NCBI GenBank assembly: GCA_947466225.1
Contig: CANIBL010000007.1
Span: 1,763-65,762 of the forward strand
Length of the DNA: 64,000 nt
Direction of reading: 5' to 3'
From: Deltaproteobacteria bacterium
Lineage (GTDB): Bacteria > Bdellovibrionota_B > Oligoflexia > Oligoflexales > Bog-1112
Under the pieces are notes generated by a model, which saw only the letters and a program-made list of their open reading frames with translations, had not been told where the DNA came from and did no database searches. A program made the translations under genes and the position numbers. Below are positions 28,163 through 38,048 of this stretch, one piece after another (within the stretch, counting starts at the first letter, position 1; every line of letters begins with the position of its first letter).

Positions 28163-28263
28163 TTTATTCTCCAAAAATGGTGAGAAATGAAACCTATGTG
28201 GATGTGATTTTTTTGGTAAGAAAATAGAAAAAAGAGGGTGATGTAGTGGCAGCGAATGGTAAC

Positions 28264-29595
28264 TTACAGCGTTTCTTCTTGGAGAAACGCTGTAGAAATA
28301 TCCCCCTCAATAAACTTTGGATGATCAAGTAAGCGAAGGTGGAAGGGGATGTTGGTGCGAATCCCTTCGACGCGCATCTCTTTCAAGGCTCTACGCATGC
28401 GTACAAGGGCCTCCATGCGATCGGCTCCATGGGTGATCACCTTAGCAATCATAGAGTCGTACAGCGACGGTACCCGATAGCCAGCGTAGATCATGCTATC
28501 GACACGTACTCCTGGGCCCCCTGGTTGGTGGTAATCCGTGATCAAGCCAGGCCAAGGCGCAAAGGTCACCGGATCTTCTGCATTCACTCGACATTCGATG
28601 GAGTGGCCGTTGGCGATGCGAGAGGCAAGAGCGGGATTGAGCTTTTCTCCCATGGCAATGCGAATCTGTTCCTTGATGAGGTCGAGGCCCATCACCTCTT
28701 CCGTCACAGGATGTTCGACTTGCACGCGGGTATTCATTTCCATGAAATAGAATTCACCCTTTTCGTACAAGAACTCTGCTGTGCCGAGAGACTGGTAGTT
28801 GACGGATTTAGCTAAAGCTACGGCTTTTTCCTGCACTAGCTTTCGCTCAGCGGGTGTGAGGGCGGCGCACGGTGATTCCTCTACGAGCTTTTGGTGACGC
28901 CGCTGAATCGAGCAGTCGCGTTCTCCCAGGGCGTAGCAATTGCCGTGGGTATCTGCGATGATCTGTACCTCGATATGCCGCGGTTGTGTAAGGTACTTCT
29001 CCATAAAGCACTCTGGGTTGCCAAAGCAGGCTTGGGCTTCTGTTTGCGCAATTTGGAGTTGGGATTTAAGGGCCTCCGCCGAGTGAACGATTTTCATCCC
29101 CCTGCCGCCGCCGCCGCCAGATGCTTTGATGATCACGGGGTAGCCGATCTTTTTGGCGATCTTGAGGGCCTCTTCCTGAGTTTGCACGCCACCCGGGCTT
29201 CCAGGTAAGAGGGGCACCTTGGCAGCAATCGCATGCCCCCGTGCGCGGATTTTATCCCCTAGGGCGAGAATGTGCTCCGGCTTGGGGCCAATAAAACAGA
29301 TGTTGTATTGTGCGCAGACTTCGGCGAATTCGCTGCTCTCGGCGAGAAATCCGTATCCAGGGTGGATGGCATCTGCGCCAGTGACTTCTGCTGCACACAT
29401 GAGGGCAGGAATATGCAGATAGCTTTGTAGGCTTGGTCCTGGGCCGATGCAAACGCTTTCATCCGCTAGTTTCGTATGTAGCGAATCTTTATCTGCAACG
29501 GAGTGCACCGCTACGGTTTGAATCCCCATCTCTTGGCAAGCGCGGATGATGCGAACTGCGATCTCACCCCGGTTCGCAATGAGTATTTTCCTCAT
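28264..29595 (-). CDS. accC: acetyl-CoA carboxylase biotin carboxylase subunit
   Basis: 443 aa starting MRKILIANRGEIAVRIIRAC. It carries ATP-grasp motifs (GGGGRGM) and EMNTRVQVEHPVTE. Confidence 0.95.
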   Translation of the reverse strand: MRKILIANRGEIAVRIIRACQEMGIQTVAVHSVADKDSLHTKLADESVCIGPGPSLQSYLHIPALMCAAEVTGADAIHPGYGFLAESSEFAEVCAQYNICFIGPKPEHILALGDKIRARGHAIAAKVPLLPGSPGGVQTQEEALKIAKKIGYPVIIKASGGGGGRGMKIVHSAEALKSQLQIAQTEAQACFGNPECFMEKYLTQPRHIEVQIIADTHGNCYALGERDCSIQRRHQKLVEESPCAALTPAERKLVQEKAVALAKSVNYQSLGTAEFLYEKGEFYFMEMNTRVQVEHPVTEEVMGLDLIKEQIRIAMGEKLNPALASRIANGHSIECRVNAEDPVTFAPWPGLITDYHQPGGPGVRVDSMIYAGYRVPSLYDSMIAKVITHGADRMEALVRMRRALKEMRVEGIRTNIPFHLRLLDHPKFIEGDISTAFLQEETL

Positions 29596-29605
29596 AGGAT
29601 CCCTC

Positions 29606-30082
29606 TCATTCTATGCGAAATAGTTCTTGGTCGTATTCTACCGGGGATTCATTGGGGACGAGAATTTCTACGAGGACACCATCTCGATCTGCCTCGATCT
29701 CGTTCATCAGCTTCATGGCTTCGATGATGCAGAGGGTGTCGCCCTTCTTGACTCGTTGGCCCGCTTGAACAAAGGCATCAGAGCCGGGGCTGGGAGATTC
29801 GTAGAAGGTGCCGACAAAGGGGGAACGAATGGTGTGAAGCTTCGAAGAGGCTGGTGTTACAGTCGTAACTGGTGTTGCGCCTCCTTCTGCAGAAACAGCG
29901 TGAGAAACCTGCATCATGGGTGCAGAGGGAAAGGCGGGGAACGCGAAGGGATGGGGCGCTTGTCCAGAGAAGGGAGTGGCTTGCACCACGCGATATTTGG
30001 TCTCGCCTTCTTGAACTTCGATCTCCTGAATCCCGTTGTCCTTCATCATCTTGATCAGGGTTTCGAGCGCTTTTACATCCAT
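29606..30082 (-). CDS. accB: acetyl-CoA carboxylase biotin carboxyl carrier protein
   Basis: 158 aa with a Pro/Ala linker and the biotinylation motif [13 protein letters not shown]. Confidence 0.9.
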   Translation of the reverse strand: MDVKALETLIKMMKDNGIQEIEVQEGETKYRVVQATPFSGQAPHPFAFPAFPSAPMMQVSHAVSAEGGATPVTTVTPASSKLHTIRSPFVGTFYESPSPGSDAFVQAGQRVKKGDTLCIIEAMKLMNEIEADRDGVLVEILVPNESPVEYDQELFRIE

Positions 30083-30646
30083 TTATTTCACCTTTTCTAC
30101 ATACTTGTTGGTTCGGGTATCAATCTTGAGGGTATCCCCTAGGTTGATATGAAAAGGTACGTTGATCGTGAGGCCGGTCTCCATAGTAGCCGGTTTGCCG
30201 CCTCCAGAAGACGTATCTCCCTTAATATTGGGTTGGGTCTCTGTTACCTTCAGGTTTACAAAATTATCTAAGTCAATGCTCACGGGCTTTCCGTTGTAGA
30301 AAGTCACTTTTGCGATGCTATTTTCGATCAAGTAATAGCTCGCATCGCCCACTTCCTCTGTCGTAAGGGTGACCTGTTCATAGGTGTTGTTGTCCATAAA
30401 CGTATAGGTCGGCCCATCTGTGTAGAGAAATTGCATCTCAGTAAAGGATAAATTGGGAATGCCTACTTTGTCGACCCCTGCCTTAAAAGTTACATCCAAA
30501 ACTTTGCCGGTTTCCAAGTTTTTGATCTTGGTTCGAACAAAGGCGGAGCCTTTTCCTGGATTGACGTGTTGAAACTCTATGATAACAAACGCTTTGTTAT
30601 CGTATTCAATTTTCAGGCCTTTGCGAAAGTCAGTGGTATTGTACAT
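30083..30646 (-). CDS. efp: elongation factor P
   Basis: 187 aa from the ATG at 30646 (MYNTTDFRKGLKIEYDNKAF...). It has the conserved loop NPGKGSAFVRTK. The 59-aa N-terminal extension in the track ORF (to 30823) is rejected. The stop abuts the accB start. Confidence 0.95.
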   Translation of the reverse strand: MYNTTDFRKGLKIEYDNKAFVIIEFQHVNPGKGSAFVRTKIKNLETGKVLDVTFKAGVDKVGIPNLSFTEMQFLYTDGPTYTFMDNNTYEQVTLTTEEVGDASYYLIENSIAKVTFYNGKPVSIDLDNFVNLKVTETQPNIKGDTSSGGGKPATMETGLTINVPFHINLGDTLKIDTRTNKYVEKVK

Positions 30647-30814
30647 GGGCAGATCCCGTTCGAGAGGTTGCGAATATGGATAGATGTTTATACGAGAAAA
30701 AAATGAGAAACCATACTCATAACCGAAATACAGCCATAATTCAACTTTTCTGTTGATTTTCGATCCCCCTTTTCGGTACCCATGAGAGAGACGCTCACAA
30801 CAAAAGGACCGAAA

Positions 30815-31648
30815 ATGAAGCAATTTCTTGCATGGGCATTCTTTTGTCTACCCACCTTGGCCAGTGGGTTCTGGGAAATTCCTGCGGAGAAACGACCCAA
30901 GATTCCGCTGTATGTCTATACGTGGATGGGGGAGAAAGAGATCGATGCATGGGCCAAGGGGCTTGAGGTGGGGAAAAAACTCCAACTTCCAACGCTAAAA
31001 GAACGTGAAGACGGGATGTTGGCAAAGCATGTCGGAGTCTATGGGCAAGCTGCTGGAGTTGGCGGGTGGTCAAATCCCGTAACTGGTATGATGGTAAACC
31101 CAGAGGCACTGCCCTATTTTCCTAAAAAAGAGTATGGAACTCGGTTGGTGCGGTTTCAAATCCGGCAAAATGTGACAGCTGCTTTTGTTGGGTCACGGGT
31201 AGAAGGAAGGAAAGCCTGGGGGTGGCGTACTTCTCCAAGTAAGCCGGCGGGTGCGCTTGTGTATTACACCCTGTACCAAGAGCACAACGTGATTCCTTTG
31301 TATAAGCAGTGGGTCATTGTGGATCCGAGTGCTATCGAATCTTTCACGGCAGACCCTGTGGTGTTGTTGCAAGATTTGCGTGGTTCCATCGTGCGCATCG
31401 AGAGTGGGATTTCTACGAAGAGTATGAGCATATTTGCCCATCACGAAATTCACGGATTTTTTATGGGCCCCTTTGTTTCAACCAAGAGAGACTCTGAGGT
31501 ATATTTGGATGTGTTTCAAAATTATGAAAAGCTGCAAGCCTATGTGTTGCCTCGTTTGAAGGCATATGAGGTAGGTACCCCTTCTTTGCCAGAGGGGATG
31601 CAGCACGGGGCCTGGAGAGTGGGGCTTAAAGGAGAGTTGTCTCGATAG
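30815..31648 (+). CDS. hypothetical secreted protein
   Basis: Start taken at MKQFLAWAFFCLPTLASG (signal peptide). 277 aa with no recognised domain. Confidence 0.5.
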   Translation: MKQFLAWAFFCLPTLASGFWEIPAEKRPKIPLYVYTWMGEKEIDAWAKGLEVGKKLQLPTLKEREDGMLAKHVGVYGQAAGVGGWSNPVTGMMVNPEALPYFPKKEYGTRLVRFQIRQNVTAAFVGSRVEGRKAWGWRTSPSKPAGALVYYTLYQEHNVIPLYKQWVIVDPSAIESFTADPVVLLQDLRGSIVRIESGISTKSMSIFAHHEIHGFFMGPFVSTKRDSEVYLDVFQNYEKLQAYVLPRLKAYEVGTPSLPEGMQHGAWRVGLKGELSR

Positions 31649-31653
31649 AGGGA

Positions 31654-32406
31654 TTAGCGTCCGTTGTAGAGACGTTGTTTCCGGAGTGCTTGGCGATGGG
31701 TGTCTTGTTTCGCATACATGCGAGTGCCTCGATGGCTTTTGTTTCGACGAGTTGTAGCGCGCTTGTCTTTGCCTCGAGTATCAGGGATAATTCGCGTTGA
31801 ATCAGGGGCTTCGTCTTGGCAATTTTCTATGGCTATTTCGGCTGCTTCCTTAAGTAAAAGAGAAATAATATCTTCAGATTTGAAGTTGCTTGGAACATCT
31901 ATGCTGCCATTGTGCAGTCGTTTATCTTTCTTGGAACCAAAGTTATAATCGACTGCGTAGGTCACTGTGCTGACCGGCTCACCACTGATATCTTGTTCCT
32001 CCACATAAAACCAGACTCTTTTTGCATCTCCAATCGCTTTCCATTCTTGAGATTCTGGGTGTTGTAAAATCGCGTATGTGTCGCGATAAAAATCCAGCTC
32101 ATCAAATCGCGCATTGAGTTGGCTTTTTAATTCTCGGTGTGTGCTTTCTTTCTTTATGGTCTTTATACTTCCTTCGAGTTTCCAGATCTTATTTTTCACT
32201 TCTGTGATTTTTTGCTGGAGAACGTGGCGGTAGTCAGAGTGAAGTTGTATCCATTGTTGAGTTTCTTCCTCTGTGTTGGATGTAGTAGATCCGACTTCGT
32301 TCGCATCTGTGTCGCGGGCATTTTCGCCTAATTCTCCAGCCATCATTGCGCCTGTAGTATAGAAAGCAGAAAATAGAAAGAACCATGCTTTTGTTCGCTG
32401 TTTCAT
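31654..32406 (-). CDS. hypothetical secreted protein with basic C-terminal tail
   Basis: 250 aa with a signal peptide and a coiled-coil segment. The C-terminal ~50 aa are Arg/Lys-rich. Confidence 0.5.
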   Translation of the reverse strand: MKQRTKAWFFLFSAFYTTGAMMAGELGENARDTDANEVGSTTSNTEEETQQWIQLHSDYRHVLQQKITEVKNKIWKLEGSIKTIKKESTHRELKSQLNARFDELDFYRDTYAILQHPESQEWKAIGDAKRVWFYVEEQDISGEPVSTVTYAVDYNFGSKKDKRLHNGSIDVPSNFKSEDIISLLLKEAAEIAIENCQDEAPDSTRIIPDTRGKDKRATTRRNKSHRGTRMYAKQDTHRQALRKQRLYNGR

Positions 32407-32524
32407 GAGTGAACTCCTCTGGTGGTTATACCTGTGGGGCTGAATAAACGCGGTCCTTGTAATACATCTTCATTTGCGGCACAAGATTCAACAGAAGAAA
32501 GAAATGCCGCCAGAGTACTTTTTT

Positions 32525-32553
32525 CTTACAGCCATACGTTCATATGTTATAAA
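32525..32553 (+). promoter_or_regulatory. candidate sigma70-type promoter of fba
   Basis: CTTACA, a 17-nt spacer, then TATAAA, about 30 nt upstream of the fba start. Confidence 0.3.
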
Positions 32554-32584
32554 AACAGGAAGTAATCCTTAGTAGGAGATGTAC

Positions 32585-33625
32585 ATGGCTCTCATTCCGT
32601 TGCGCGCCTTGCTGGATCATGCAGCAGAACATCAGTATGGTGTTGGGGCATTTAATGTAAATAACATGGAACAGATTCAATCCATTATGGAAGCGGCTCG
32701 CGAAACCGAGAGCCCGGTGATCATTCAGGCCTCACGTGGAGCTCGCAGTTATTCTCAAGATAATTATTTGCGACACTTGATGCTGGCAGCTGTGGAGCTC
32801 TATCCAGAGATTCCGGTTGTGATGCATCAGGATCACGGAAATAGCCCGCAAACCTGCTTCTCTGCCATCAAGCAAGGGTTCACATCTGTGATGATGGACG
32901 GGTCGTTGCAAGAGGATGCCAAAACGCCGGCAGACTTCCCATATAACTGTGCAGTAACCAAACGGGTCGCGGATGTAGCCCACGCATTTGGGGTGTCTGT
33001 CGAGGGAGAGCTTGGGTGTTTAGGTTCTTTAGAAACAGGCGCTGGCGAGAAAGAAGACGGGCATGGTTTCGAGGGGACGCTGCATCGAGATCAACTGCTA
33101 ACGGATCCGGCACAGGCCGAAGAGTTTGTCCGCATTACTGGCGTTGATGCATTGGCTGTGGCTGTGGGTACCAGCCATGGTGCTTATAAGTTCTCTCGCA
33201 AGCCGGATGGGGCGATTTTGGCTATGGATCAAATTATTGCCATCCACAAGCGCTTACCCAACACCCACTTGGTGATGCACGGATCGTCTTCGGTTCCGCA
33301 GCATCTGCAAGATGAGATCAATGCGTATGGAGGAAAAATCAAACAAACCTATGGGGTTCCGGTCGAAGAGATTCAACGAGGGATTCGTAATGGCGTGCGC
33401 AAGATCAACGTAGATACGGACAATCGCTTGGCGATCACTGCAGCAATTCGTAAGGCGTTCCATACTTCGCCGTCTGAATTTGATCCTCGCTACTATTTAA
33501 AACCCGCGCGAGATGCTATGAAGCAGATCGTAAAAGAGCGTATGATCGCATTTGGGCAAGCGGGGCAGGCGCCTAAGATTCGGCAGGTTTCCCTGGATGA
33601 TATGGCAAAGAAATACTTTACCTAA
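32585..33625 (+). CDS. fba: class II fructose-bisphosphate aldolase
   Basis: [30 protein letters not shown]... followed by the motifs HQDHG, GELG and [13 protein letters not shown]. The ATG at 32585 has AGGAG 6 nt upstream; the track start at 32579 is less likely. Confidence 0.95.
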   Translation: MALIPLRALLDHAAEHQYGVGAFNVNNMEQIQSIMEAARETESPVIIQASRGARSYSQDNYLRHLMLAAVELYPEIPVVMHQDHGNSPQTCFSAIKQGFTSVMMDGSLQEDAKTPADFPYNCAVTKRVADVAHAFGVSVEGELGCLGSLETGAGEKEDGHGFEGTLHRDQLLTDPAQAEEFVRITGVDALAVAVGTSHGAYKFSRKPDGAILAMDQIIAIHKRLPNTHLVMHGSSSVPQHLQDEINAYGGKIKQTYGVPVEEIQRGIRNGVRKINVDTDNRLAITAAIRKAFHTSPSEFDPRYYLKPARDAMKQIVKERMIAFGQAGQAPKIRQVSLDDMAKKYFT

Positions 33626-33634
33626 CGGTGTTTG

Positions 33635-33846
33635 TTTTAGTGGAACCAGCTGCGCAGTTTCCACACCTCCTTGCGAAGAAAGAGGGAGGGAAAAATAATC
33701 AAGAGAGTTGGAACAAGACCAAGGCCGGCAGGAAGATTCTGTCTGGCTGCCCGTATCGTCTTATGGGATTCTTTCCTAGATTCTCGTTTTCTTCTCCCAC
33801 ATCCCAGCAAGGAGGTGTGGAAACTGCGCAGCTGGTTCTACTAAAA
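33635..33846. repeat. 40-bp near-perfect inverted repeat flanking a 132-bp spacer (large hairpin or MITE-like element)
   Basis: Left arm 33635-33674 is TTTTAGTGGAACCAGCTGCGCAGTTTCCACACCTCCTTGC. Right arm 33807-33846 is GCAAGGAGGTGTGGAAACTGCGCAGCTGGTTCTACTAAAA. Pairing position by position gives 39 of 40 complementary, and the single exception is a G-T (G-U) pair. Confidence 0.85.
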
Positions 33847-33882
33847 GCGTTACATCGTATAAAAAAAAGAAAGACATAAAAT

Positions 33883-35865
33883 ATGACAACCCTGGATACC
33901 CGTGCGGTAAATTGCTTGAAAGGTCTTGTACTCGATGGAGTGGATTCTGCCCAATCGGGGCATCCAGGCGGTGCTATGGGGGCTATGGACTTTGCCTACC
34001 TGCTTTTTACCGAAACGTTGCGTTTTGATCCACGAAATCCTGAGTGGTTGGGGCGAGACCGCTTCATCTTGAGCGCTGGGCATATGTCCATGTTACAGTA
34101 CAGCCTGCTGCACGGCATTGGATGGTTGACGCGCGAGGACCTTGCGCAATTTCGTCAGCTCCATTCTCGGACACCAGGCCACCCAGAAAATGGGGTAACG
34201 CCAGGGGTAGAGTGCACCACGGGTCCCTTGGGGCAAGGCTGTGGTATGTCGGTGGGCTTTGCCATTGCAGCGGCCCATCTAGCTGCTACCTTGGACTCAG
34301 AACTTTTTGGGTACAACATTTGGACGCTACTCGGGGATGGTTGCATGCAAGAGGGTATTACCCTTGCCAGCGCTTCCTTGGCGGGGCACCAAAAATTGCA
34401 CAATCTAGTCTGGTTTTATGACAAGAATCGCAAACAGATCGCAGGTGATATCGATCGCGCCTATTCAGATGATGAAGGTAAGGTCTTTGAGGGCTTTGGA
34501 TGGGAAACCTTACATGTAGTTGGGCATGATCATGCAGCCCTACGCAAGGCACTTGCCTATGCGCGCAGTCCAAGAGAAAAGCCGCTGCTGATCATCGGGG
34601 ATACCACCATTGCCAAAGGGGCGTATTCTCTCGAGGATAGTCACCATTCTCACGGTGCGCCTTTTTCCAAAGAAGAACGTACGAGAACACGAGAAAAATT
34701 GGGGCTACCAGCAAATGAGTCTTTCTCGTGGCCTGAGGAAGTGGCGCACCACTTTCAGCGTAACTTTACCCTTCGCATCCAAGAAGCTTGTACGTGGGAA
34801 GAGAAAATACAAGCGCGTTGTAAGGATCCTGCTTTTCAAGCTCGTTTTGCTACCTATTTTCCAACTCCAGGTACAATGCCGACTGTGCCTGCCTTGCAAT
34901 GGGATCGCACCCAGGGTTTAGCCACTCGCCAGGCTTTTGGAAAAATCTTGGAACATTGGGCGCGCATGTTGCCCCAGTTTGTGGGTGGCAGTGCAGACCT
35001 AGATCCGTCGAATATGACCGAGGGATTTGCCAAATTGGTGGGGGATTTTACTCCCGCTCATCGAGTGGGTCGAAACATTCCCTTTGGCGTACGAGAGTTT
35101 CCCATGTCTGCCATCTGCAACGGCATTGCCTTACACGGAGGTCTTATTCCCTTTGATGCTACCTTCCTCTCCTTTGCGGATTACTCTCGTCCTGCACTTC
35201 GACTGGGCGCTATTCAGAAGGTACGTGTGATCCATGAGTTTAGCCATGACTCCTTTCATTTGGGAGAAGATGGGCCTACACATCAACCAGTAGAACACGT
35301 GATGAGTTTGCGTGCCATTCCAGATCTATATGTGATGCGACCAGCAGATCCTCACGAGACTGAGGTGATGTGCAATACAGCCCTTGCGTTACAAGCTCCG
35401 AGTTGTATCTGTGTCACGCGTCAGAAAGTCCCTCATCTACCGAAAACTGCAGAAGAAGCCGCTAGAGGTGCCTGGGTGGTTCAGCGTGCTACTTCGGCTC
35501 TTGAACTACTCTTTTTTGCCACAGGTAGCGAGGTGGGACTGGCTCTTGAAACAGCCAGTTGGGTTGCGGCACAAGGATGGGTATCACTTTCTTCCATTCA
35601 AGTGGTCTCGGTGCCTTGTTGGGAGATTTTCTTTCAACAAGAAAAAGCGTATCAAGCTGAAATCATGCAGCGAAATTGTATGCGGCGTGTCTCCATTGAA
35701 GCAGGCTCTACTTTAGGCTGGGAGCGGTTTGTGGGGGATGGGCTTATGATTGGGCTCAATCACTTCGGGGCTAGTGCGCCGGCAAATATTTTGGCCAAAG
35801 AGTATGGATTTACCCCGGAATCCATTGGGGCTCGTATTCAAGCGCATTTCTACGAAACCCGCTGA
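33883..35865 (+). CDS. tkt: transketolase
   Basis: 660 aa with the TPP motifs SGHPGGAMG and GDGCMQEGI, plus GEDGPTHQPVEH. Confidence 0.95.
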   Translation: MTTLDTRAVNCLKGLVLDGVDSAQSGHPGGAMGAMDFAYLLFTETLRFDPRNPEWLGRDRFILSAGHMSMLQYSLLHGIGWLTREDLAQFRQLHSRTPGHPENGVTPGVECTTGPLGQGCGMSVGFAIAAAHLAATLDSELFGYNIWTLLGDGCMQEGITLASASLAGHQKLHNLVWFYDKNRKQIAGDIDRAYSDDEGKVFEGFGWETLHVVGHDHAALRKALAYARSPREKPLLIIGDTTIAKGAYSLEDSHHSHGAPFSKEERTRTREKLGLPANESFSWPEEVAHHFQRNFTLRIQEACTWEEKIQARCKDPAFQARFATYFPTPGTMPTVPALQWDRTQGLATRQAFGKILEHWARMLPQFVGGSADLDPSNMTEGFAKLVGDFTPAHRVGRNIPFGVREFPMSAICNGIALHGGLIPFDATFLSFADYSRPALRLGAIQKVRVIHEFSHDSFHLGEDGPTHQPVEHVMSLRAIPDLYVMRPADPHETEVMCNTALALQAPSCICVTRQKVPHLPKTAEEAARGAWVVQRATSALELLFFATGSEVGLALETASWVAAQGWVSLSSIQVVSVPCWEIFFQQEKAYQAEIMQRNCMRRVSIEAGSTLGWERFVGDGLMIGLNHFGASAPANILAKEYGFTPESIGARIQAHFYETR

Positions 35866-36028
35866 TAACATGCCAAATCTAGGCCATAAACCTTCTTTTT
35901 TATACTAGCCAAAATAGTTTTTTTCTTGCCATTGCGAAAAATCCAATAAAAATCAATAAAATTCTCTCATTTTTTTTCTAAAAAACCCGAAATCTCTCTT
36001 GGATTCAGCCTTCACGAAGGGAGAGAGT

Positions 36029-37993
36029 ATGAAAATAGAATGGATTTTTTTGTTGGGCATTATTGCCCCTAGCGCACAAGCTAAGACATTTTCATTTGGA
36101 ACTGAGCCGGAGGCATACTCGCTTGAGGTGCTCGAGTCGGATCTGCATCACACTGTATTGGAATTTACACTGCATCGTTTTGATGCAAACCAAATCCTAA
36201 TCAACCAGATGCCGTACCAAATTCTTTCGGTAGAAGGCGCTGGGATTTTAACCCAAAAAGGACTGCCGCTTTTGCCAAAAGTGTACCGTCATGTAGAAAT
36301 CGGGGCTTCCGATTCTGTTCAGGTAAAAGTGAGGGAAGAGGAGCATGAAACATTTTCCTTAGGTAATGTTGCGCCGAGCAAAGGTAGTTTACTTCGTAAC
36401 CTGGATCCTCAAAAAGTAGAGTACACGTTTGATGATTTTTATCGAGGTAAAGGAAAGAGAGGGACCTTTCCCGATGCAACAGTTTCACTTTCTGCTCCAT
36501 TTCAATTTCGTAAGACTCATGGGGTAACTGTACAGATCCATCCATTTTCTTTTTCACCCCAAAGTCATGAGACGCTGGTATACACGCGATTGGTCGTGGA
36601 AGTTACTGCACAAGGGGTGCGCGAAAATAAAGCCGCTGATACTCGAGATACCGATGCCTTTGATTTTCTGTACCAAAACCAATTTATTAATCATCAGCGG
36701 ATAGACAGTGCATCGATGCGAAGCGATAAAGCAAAGAGCGTAAGAGAGCAAGGTGACTTATTGATTATCTCTCACCCCAATTTTACTGCGGGTTTGACAC
36801 CGTTTATTGATTGGAAGATGCAGATGGGATTTTCAACCAAATTGGTTACGCTTCCTCAAACAGGTAAAACTGCTGGTGCCATCAAAGCGTACATCAAAAG
36901 TGCTTATGCAAATAACCCGAAGTTGGCATATGTTCTCTTGGTCGGGGATGCTGAGTATGTGCCTTTCTATCCAGGTACAGCAGGTAATGCGTACAAAAAC
37001 GAGGCAGATCCATTGTACGGAGTCTTCAATTCCAGTGGATATCCAGATTTGATCATCGCTCGATTTTCTGTAAAGAATACTACCGATCTTGCGAATATGA
37101 TCAATCGCAGCATTGCGTATGAAAAAACTCCGACAGATGGAGATTGGTATCAACATGCGGTTGGCATTGCCAGTGCAGAGGGTGAACCAACAGACGGTGC
37201 GCGAGCCGATTATGAACGAAATGCCTTGCTCGCAGGTCCTTACAAAGAAGTTGATCAACTCTATGATCCAAACGTGGATGCATCTGATGTCGCTTCTGCC
37301 ATCAATAATGGTGCTTCGCTTGTGAATTATATTGGGCATGGAAGTGAGACAGCTTGGATGACAGGATACTTTACTACATATGGTGTAAATACCCTTTCCA
37401 ACGCAGGGAAGCTACCGATGGTGATCAGTGTGGCCTGTGTAAATGGGCGCTTTTCATATACTGGTGGAGATTCCTTTGCAGAACGTTGGATGAAAGCGGG
37501 TACTCCATCAAATCCAGTGGGAGCCATTGCCATTATGGCTTCTTCTACCAATCAGGCTTGGGTGCCACCGACAATTGGGCAACTGGCGATTTCTAAATTG
37601 GTAGCAAATGGAACGGTTACCCATATAGGAGCACTGATGATGGATGGTTCATTGGCTGTGTTGGAGGATGGTTCTCTCGATGCAGCTCAAACCTTTCAAA
37701 CCTGGCATATTTTTGGAGACCCTACGGTGACAATGCGTATCCATACGCCAAAAGCACTGGCTATAATACCGGCCTTTTCAATGGGGTTGGCATCCGGTGT
37801 AAAACTGAATGTGAAAGAATCTAATTTACGCGTGACGCTGACGGCCGATCATCAGTTGTTAGGCAGTGCCGTAAGCACAGCTGGTGGTGATGTGGCATTT
37901 CCTTCCCTCTCCCTGTCTCATGGAAAAATGGTGACTGTAACAGTGAATGGTGTAGATCGCATTCCATTGGTAAAAACAATACAAGTGCCTTGA
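36029..37993 (+). CDS. peptidase family C25 (gingipain-like cysteine protease)
   Basis: ATG at 36029 with GGGAGAGAG upstream, and a signal peptide ending SAQA. C25 hallmarks are YVLLVGDAEYVPF, the catalytic His in NYIGHGSETAW and the catalytic Cys in VISVACVNGRF. A C-terminal beta-sandwich-like ~90 aa follows. Confidence 0.85.
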   Translation: MKIEWIFLLGIIAPSAQAKTFSFGTEPEAYSLEVLESDLHHTVLEFTLHRFDANQILINQMPYQILSVEGAGILTQKGLPLLPKVYRHVEIGASDSVQVKVREEEHETFSLGNVAPSKGSLLRNLDPQKVEYTFDDFYRGKGKRGTFPDATVSLSAPFQFRKTHGVTVQIHPFSFSPQSHETLVYTRLVVEVTAQGVRENKAADTRDTDAFDFLYQNQFINHQRIDSASMRSDKAKSVREQGDLLIISHPNFTAGLTPFIDWKMQMGFSTKLVTLPQTGKTAGAIKAYIKSAYANNPKLAYVLLVGDAEYVPFYPGTAGNAYKNEADPLYGVFNSSGYPDLIIARFSVKNTTDLANMINRSIAYEKTPTDGDWYQHAVGIASAEGEPTDGARADYERNALLAGPYKEVDQLYDPNVDASDVASAINNGASLVNYIGHGSETAWMTGYFTTYGVNTLSNAGKLPMVISVACVNGRFSYTGGDSFAERWMKAGTPSNPVGAIAIMASSTNQAWVPPTIGQLAISKLVANGTVTHIGALMMDGSLAVLEDGSLDAAQTFQTWHIFGDPTVTMRIHTPKALAIIPAFSMGLASGVKLNVKESNLRVTLTADHQLLGSAVSTAGGDVAFPSLSLSHGKMVTVTVNGVDRIPLVKTIQVP

Positions 37994-38048
37994 TTGTCTA
38001 CTTGTCTTGCAATACCTTACTCTCACTGCATTTTATGAGGAGTTAGGT

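Noticed and set aside
29627-30142. 171-aa + strand ORF antisense to accB. Similar internal or antisense ORFs occur inside kup (59035-59733), the ddl fusion (61613-62152), the C25 peptidase (36833-37339), sufD (54040-54699), ABC-F (50670-51689) and sufB (56199-56717).
   Set aside because: Each is nested within a longer ORF with strong family motifs on the other strand or frame. None has a recognisable domain or RBS.
30647-30823. 59-aa N-terminal extension of the efp ORF in the six-frame track.
   Set aside because: EF-P homology begins at MYNTTDFRKG (ATG 30646). The extension has no homology-like pattern and would overlap the divergent 30815 gene region.
33628-33879. 83-aa GTG-initiated ORF that exactly fills the fba-tkt spacer.
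   Set aside because: It is read through both arms of the 40-bp inverted repeat. The product is low-complexity with no RBS, so the open frame is most simply a by-product of the palindromic element. It cannot be fully excluded without expression data.
16625-37993. Idea that the PorV-like barrel plus the C25 gingipain-like protease indicate a type IX secretion system.
   Set aside because: This is over-interpretation. The two genes are 18 kb apart, no T9SS core gene (porK/L/M/N, sov, porU) is in the window, and both the barrel family and the protease C-terminal tail are assigned by eye only.
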